Part shown: positions 59,847 to 64,000 of the stretch, piece by piece
Layout of the letters: each line of letters opens with the position of its first letter
Position numbering within the stretch: position 1 is the first letter of the stretch
From: a virus
Lineage: Duplodnaviria; Caudoviricetes
Reading direction: 5' to 3' (one strand)
Length of the DNA stretch: 64,000 nt
IMG/VR virus record: IMGVR_UViG_2547132519_000001
Coordinates: 70,299-134,298 of that record
The notes under the pieces: generated by a model
The model's input: the letters and a program-made list of their open reading frames with translations, nothing else
Told to the model about the DNA's origin: nothing
The model's database searches: none
Translations under genes and position numbers: made by a program

Positions 59847-60317
59847 ATGAAACATGTATGGCTATGTGGAGCATCTGAAAAAGTTAGTTTTGAAAATGGC
59901 AATAAATGGCGTGAAGATTGTGCTAAGTGGTTTGAAAATAATTCTGAGTATTTTAAGGCTTGGAATCCAAACAATTATTATAATTACAATCAGCATTTGC
60001 ATAAAACTGACCTTGAAATTATTAGATTCTGTGATAAGCACGTTGAACAGGCAGACGTAATTCTTGTCAATCTGAAGGATATTAGAAAGTCGGTAGGCAG
60101 TGTGTCTGAATTGGCGTGGGGTTATTCATTGAAAAAGCCAATTGTAGGATTTATTGAAGATGATACCTTTTTAGATTTTCACAATTGTAAAAAGGTAGAA
60201 GAGGCACTAAGAAAGGAAATTCACCCGTGGGTGTACGAATATTGTGGAAGAATTGAAGCGGGGTTTGATGCAAGGCTTGATGCTTTAGAATACATAGATA
60301 AATATTACGGAGAATAG
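59847..60317 (+). CDS. nucleoside 2-deoxyribosyltransferase-like protein
   Basis: VWLCG, WR, ADVILVNL, SVGSVSELAW. Confidence 0.75.
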   Translation: MKHVWLCGASEKVSFENGNKWREDCAKWFENNSEYFKAWNPNNYYNYNQHLHKTDLEIIRFCDKHVEQADVILVNLKDIRKSVGSVSELAWGYSLKKPIVGFIEDDTFLDFHNCKKVEEALRKEIHPWVYEYCGRIEAGFDARLDALEYIDKYYGE

Positions 60318-60326
60318 GAGGAGCAA

Positions 60327-60767
60327 ATGACATCAATTTTATTAGTTTGTATTGTGATGCTTCTCATGTCCAGAATTAAAGAGACTCCATCTATGCTAAA
60401 TGAAAAAAGATACTACGATAAAGTACGGGAGGTCATTAAAAATAATGAGAACTTCTTAAATAAACTATCATACGAAAATGTCAAACGTATTGAGAGGTTT
60501 ACTAAAATAGCAGCATATTTTTATTCGGCTGCATTGGTTTTAATTTATGCCGCCATTGGTAATTCGGCTAATTCTGCATACGTGAACTTATTATCTTTTA
60601 TCCAGATATGTACGGTAGTGGCAACTATGCGGTTGAATAGAAATGTGAATCCCGTTAGTTTGTACATAGGTGATTTCCGGTTTTATAGATGGTACTTCTT
60701 ATTTAATGTAGTTTTGGATTATGTGTATTATCCATTGACGTTTGTATTGTTACTGTTGAACTACTAA
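60327..60767 (+). CDS. membrane protein
   Basis: Several hydrophobic helices. Confidence 0.65.
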   Translation: MTSILLVCIVMLLMSRIKETPSMLNEKRYYDKVREVIKNNENFLNKLSYENVKRIERFTKIAAYFYSAALVLIYAAIGNSANSAYVNLLSFIQICTVVATMRLNRNVNPVSLYIGDFRFYRWYFLFNVVLDYVYYPLTFVLLLLNY

Positions 60768-60784
60768 AAAGGAGGAGAGGGATA

Positions 60785-62977
60785 TTGTCAAAAGTATTCA
60801 AAAGGGATCGCTCAGAGGTTGATTTTGATAAGAGTAAGATTAAGAAAGCAATTCTTAAAGCTTTTATAGATGTTGATGGGGAAGAAAGCCCTTATGCAAG
60901 AGAAAAGGCAAGAGATGTTGCTAATCATATAGAATCATTAAAAAGGGAAATGTCAGTGGAAGAAATTCAGGATATCGTTGAAGAAAAGCTGATGTCAAGC
61001 AACAGAAAAGATGTGGCTAGGACATACATTCAATATAGACTCAAAAGAAGTCTTATTAGAGAAAGCAATACAACTGACAAGAGCATATTAGAATTAATAG
61101 ATGGAAATAGTGAATATTGGAATACTGAGAATTCTAATAAGAACGCTAGATTAAATACGACAATTAGGGATTATACAGCAGGAGTTGTTAGTAAAGACTT
61201 AACTGAAAGAATTTTGCTTCCCAAGGATATCGTAGAAGCTCACAATGACGGTGTTATTCATTTTCACGATGAAGATTATTATATGCAGCGCATGCATAAC
61301 TGTGATCTTGTAAATTTAGAAGATATGCTTCAAAACGGAACAGTAATTTCTGAGACATTGATTGAGAAACCACATAGTTTTTCTACAGCATGTAATATAG
61401 CAACTCAAATTATTGCGCAGGTAGCAAGTTCTCAATACGGCGGTCAAAGTATTTCTCTTGCACACTTAGCACCATTCGTTGACATCAGTAGGAAATCTAT
61501 CAGAAATGATGTGGTAAAAGAACGTACCGCAACAGGTGAAGACCTTAATGATGAAAAGATTGACAAGATTGTCAGAATGAGGCTTGCAAAAGAAATTAAG
61601 AGTGGTGTTCAAACTATTCAATATCAGATAGTGACACTAATGACGACAAACGGCCAAGCACCATTTTTGACCTTGTTCATGTATTTGGGAGAGACTAAAA
61701 ATGAACAGGAAAAGTCTGACCTTGCTTTATTAATAGAAGAGGTACTCATTCAAAGCCATCAGGGAGTAAAAAATGAAGAAGGTTCATGGATTACACCAGC
61801 ATTCCCCAAAGTTATTTATGTTTTGGAAGAGGATAACATTCATGAGCATAGCAAGTATTGGTACCTAACAAAATTAGCAGCTAAGTGTTCCGTTAAACGG
61901 CTTACGCCAGACTACATATCCGAAAAGATCATGAAAGAAATGAAAGATGGTAATTGCTATCCTGTAATGGGGTGTAGATCCGCATTAACCGTCTGGAAAG
62001 ATGAAAACGGAGATCCAAAGTTTTACGGCAGATTCAATCAGGGCGTTGTAACACTGAATCTTGTAGATTTAGCTCTGTCATCAAAAGGTGAGTTCGTTAA
62101 GTTCTGGGAATTATTCGAGGAAAGAACTGAATTATGTCATAGAGCATTACAATGCAGACATGAAAGACTTGAAGGTACGCCATCTGACGTAGCCCCTATC
62201 TTGTGGCAACATGGAGCATTAGCAAGACTTAAAAAGGGAGAAACGATAGATAAATTGCTTCATGGTGGATATTCGACCTTGTCGCTTGGTTATGCTGGTC
62301 TATACGAATGTGTAAAATATATGACTGGACGTTCTCACAGCGACGAAGATTTAGGAGAAGACTTTGGATTATCGGTTATGAAGGCTCTAAACGATAAATG
62401 TAATCAGTGGAAATCCTTAGAAAATATTGATTATAGTTTATATGGCACTCCGCTTGAATCAACTACATATAAGTTCTCAAAATGCCTACGGGATAGATTT
62501 GGAGTAGTTAAGGGAATCACAGATAGAAATTATATCACCAATTCTTATCATATCCCGGTGTTCGAAGAAATTGATGCGTTTGAGAAGCTTGGTAAAGAAG
62601 CAAAATTCCAAAAATGGAGTCCGGGTGGGGCAATTTCTTATATTGAAACACCTAATCTTGATAATAATATTCCTGCCGTACTAGAAGTAATTAAATTTAT
62701 ATACGATAACAATGTATACGCAGAGATAAATACTAAAAGTGATCACTGCCAAGCTTGTGGATATGACAAAGAAATCAAGTTAATTGATGAAGAAGGTAAA
62801 TTAATCTGGGAATGCCCAAATTGTAAGAATAGAGATGTTAGAACTATGGATATCACTAGAAGAACTTGCGGATATAAGGGTACTGCGAGGAATGGTTGGA
62901 ATCAGGGTAGACTGGGAGACATTCATGACAGAGTTATGCACTTAGATGATATAGAATTAGAAGGAAGTGATTCTTGA
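60785..62977 (+). CDS. nrdD: anaerobic (class III) ribonucleoside-triphosphate reductase
   Basis: ATP cone, HFHD, QYGGQ, MGCRS, TNSYH, CxxC...CxxC, RRTCGY. Confidence 0.95.
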   Translation: MSKVFKRDRSEVDFDKSKIKKAILKAFIDVDGEESPYAREKARDVANHIESLKREMSVEEIQDIVEEKLMSSNRKDVARTYIQYRLKRSLIRESNTTDKSILELIDGNSEYWNTENSNKNARLNTTIRDYTAGVVSKDLTERILLPKDIVEAHNDGVIHFHDEDYYMQRMHNCDLVNLEDMLQNGTVISETLIEKPHSFSTACNIATQIIAQVASSQYGGQSISLAHLAPFVDISRKSIRNDVVKERTATGEDLNDEKIDKIVRMRLAKEIKSGVQTIQYQIVTLMTTNGQAPFLTLFMYLGETKNEQEKSDLALLIEEVLIQSHQGVKNEEGSWITPAFPKVIYVLEEDNIHEHSKYWYLTKLAAKCSVKRLTPDYISEKIMKEMKDGNCYPVMGCRSALTVWKDENGDPKFYGRFNQGVVTLNLVDLALSSKGEFVKFWELFEERTELCHRALQCRHERLEGTPSDVAPILWQHGALARLKKGETIDKLLHGGYSTLSLGYAGLYECVKYMTGRSHSDEDLGEDFGLSVMKALNDKCNQWKSLENIDYSLYGTPLESTTYKFSKCLRDRFGVVKGITDRNYITNSYHIPVFEEIDAFEKLGKEAKFQKWSPGGAISYIETPNLDNNIPAVLEVIKFIYDNNVYAEINTKSDHCQACGYDKEIKLIDEEGKLIWECPNCKNRDVRTMDITRRTCGYKGTARNGWNQGRLGDIHDRVMHLDDIELEGSDS

Positions 62978-63519
62978 TGCGATATGCGAGTATTCGCTCT
63001 ATGGATATCAGTAATGGAGAGGGAGTCGGAATTTCATTGTTCGTACAGGGGTGTCGCTTTCAGTGTAGAAACTGTTTTAATGAATCCACGTGGGATTTTA
63101 AAGGTGGTGAAAAGTGGACAAAAGAAAAAGAAGATGAGTTTCTAAAGTTGGCTGATAAACCATATATAAGACGAATCAGCATTCTTGGTGGAGAACCATT
63201 GACAGACGAAAACCTCTCTGGAGTACTTTCACTTATATATAGAATACGTCACTTATACGGAGACACTAAGACTATTTGGCTTTATACGGGCTACACATGG
63301 GAAGAAATAATTGATAATCAATTTGAAGATCTTGGTAATGGATATTCAAGATGGTCTGATAGAGCGTTAATTGTGTCTCAATGTGATATTTTGGTTGACG
63401 GCAGATTCATCGATGAACAAAAAGATTTATCGCTTAAATGGCGTGGTAGTAAAAACCAGAGGGCAATAGACATCAAGAAGTCGTTTGAATCCCGTAGTGC
63501 CGTATTATATTGCGAATAG
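62974..63519 (+). CDS. nrdG: anaerobic RNR activating protein
   Basis: NGEGVG, GCRFQCRNCFN, GGEPL, RGSKNQR. Confidence 0.95.
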   Translation: MMRYASIRSMDISNGEGVGISLFVQGCRFQCRNCFNESTWDFKGGEKWTKEKEDEFLKLADKPYIRRISILGGEPLTDENLSGVLSLIYRIRHLYGDTKTIWLYTGYTWEEIIDNQFEDLGNGYSRWSDRALIVSQCDILVDGRFIDEQKDLSLKWRGSKNQRAIDIKKSFESRSAVLYCE

Positions 63520-63568
63520 GTAATTTACTGTTTAGTACAAAAAAAGAATTAATAAGGGAGATTAAAAT

Positions 63569-64000
63569 TTGGAGAAAATTAGAATCAAATACAGCAATCA
63601 GATTTTAGAAAGAGTTAAGAAAATTAGCATGGGTGACTGGGTGGATCTACGTGCCGCCGAAACAGTTGAAATGAAAGCAGGAGAATTTAAATTAATTCCA
63701 CTTGGAGTTGCTATGGAATTACCAAAAGGATACGAAGCACATGTAGTCCCACGCAGTAGTACATTCAAGAACTTTGGTGTTATTCAGACTAACAGCATGG
63801 GAATTATTGATGAATCGTACAACGGAGATGGTGATTTCTGGTTCTTTCCTGCATATGCACTCCGAGACACCAAAATTGATATCAACGATAGAATTTGTCA
63901 ATTCCGTATCGCTAAGCATCAACCAGAAACAATGTTTGAAGAAGTGGAAATTCTAGGCAATGGTGACCGTGGAGGTCATGGCTCAACTGGAACCAAATAA
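63569..64000 (+). CDS. dut: trimeric dUTPase
   Basis: [31 protein letters not shown]. Confidence 0.93.
   Translation: MEKIRIKYSNQILERVKKISMGDWVDLRAAETVEMKAGEFKLIPLGVAMELPKGYEAHVVPRSSTFKNFGVIQTNSMGIIDESYNGDGDFWFFPAYALRDTKIDINDRICQFRIAKHQPETMFEEVEILGNGDRGGHGSTGTK

Overview
This is an AT-rich 64-kb segment of a large phage or prophage, probably from a Clostridia-type Firmicute (inferred from SD/promoter style, the Firmicutes-type SOS box and gene content). It covers the early/accessory, replication and nucleotide-metabolism arm, with no virion genes. Almost all genes are on the + strand. The core block (31.5-41.2 kb) is Sak-like annealase, SSB, DnaB, primase, PD-(D/E)XK nuclease, DnaE, ERCC4 nuclease and HD protein. 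It is followed by LigA, an Rnl2-type RNA ligase, three DNA methyltransferases, a PAPS-reductase-family protein, ThyX-like, Gmk, NrdDG and dUTPase. Accessory content: a complete IS66 (8-bp TSD) inside a tyrosine recombinase gene, tRNA-Gln(TTG), a sigma-70/DUF262 fusion, an orphan MazF, a pncA-prs-nadV-nadE operon (NARP1-like, with an apparent deamidated extension), an ABC/PspA-like/SBP-OmpA membrane module, and a minus-strand retron-type RT unit (consensus promoter, ~340-nt structured leader, SD-sequestered 64-aa membrane protein, RT). The most striking unexplained signal is a 16-bp quasi-palindrome, T(R)AA-N8-TT(N)A. I found about 36 copies at gene or module junctions in the accessory regions and none at junctions inside the core operons, which suggests an integron-like cassette architecture or a genome-wide protein-binding site. 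Several frameshifts and nonsense codons indicate decay or read errors. All family calls come from motifs read by eye; no database search was run.
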